From Vicugna vicugna (lineage: Eukaryota): a stretch of 64,000 nucleotides of DNA. Below the pieces are notes generated by a model that was not told where the DNA came from, did not search any database, and worked only from the letters and a program-made list of their open reading frames with translations. Positions 63,671 through 64,000 of this stretch are shown here, in pieces. Where the stretch lies: assembly GCA_013265495.1 (NCBI GenBank), contig MU057865.1, positions 620,001 to 684,000 on the forward strand, in the 5' to 3' direction. A program made the translations under genes and the position numbers. How positions within the stretch are numbered: position 1 is the first letter of the stretch; each line of letters opens with the position of its first letter.

Positions 63671-64000
63671 TTTCCTTTCTTTTTTTTTTGTGAGAGAAAA
63701 TCCTCCTCAACCAAAATATTTGTCAACCAAAGATATGGCTGTTGGTCCCACTCTAGCAGCTTGAGCAGTGGTCAAACCTTTTGGAATCTTCAGTGGACTT
63801 CTGGTGCATGTTCCCAGCCTGTGCTCCATCACTCCGCAGAACACATGGACATCCAGAGATTTTTGACTTTCACCACTGCCTGAATGATACTCTGAGGTGT
63901 GTAAAAATCTACACGTCACAGGAAGTCTTGCTCTCAAGACTTCTTTTCTTTGCTCAGCTCATCCATCCATTTCAGTGCTGCGTCTGTCAGTGGGTTAGCT

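Noticed and set aside
1..64000. CRISPR arrays, operons, tRNA/rRNA/miRNA genes or a novel multi-gene system
   Set aside because: The sequence is mammalian non-coding DNA; I saw no repeat-spacer array, RNA-gene fold or coding cluster by eye. An Infernal/Rfam scan would be needed to exclude small RNAs fully.

Overview
AT-rich, CpG-depleted mammalian genomic DNA, densely filled with transposable-element relics. I recognise no host protein-coding exon, RNA gene or CpG island, so the window reads as intergenic or deep intronic sequence. The repeats include MIR, L2, old L1M, MaLR, MER21, LTR33, MER5/MER20B and Tigger elements, plus several young 5'-truncated L1 3' ends that resemble camelid L1. Alu, Bov-A/BovB, PRE-1, CHR and CAN SINEs were not seen, which points to a camelid genome (inference). 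The supplied ORFs are nearly all chance ORFs; only 43437-43649 is recognisable, as the C-terminus of L1 ORF2p. Most notable observations: (1) a 48-bp segment at 27.9 kb that duplicates sequence 1.66 kb away and sits between direct repeats; (2) an L1 with an apparent 25-nt 3' transduction at 20.3 kb; (3) an amniote-age CR1/L3 3' UTR abutting an enhancer-like block at 18.0 kb; (4) two well-formed minus-strand exon candidates of a possible non-coding transcript; (5) a motif-dense PBX-HOX/MEIS/RUNX/NR5A block at 7.4-7.85 kb; (6) a nested transposon stack at 39.2-42.8 kb. I found no evidence for a novel multi-gene system. Repeat family names come from recalled consensus sequences, not a database search, and boundaries without TSD/TIR evidence are approximate.
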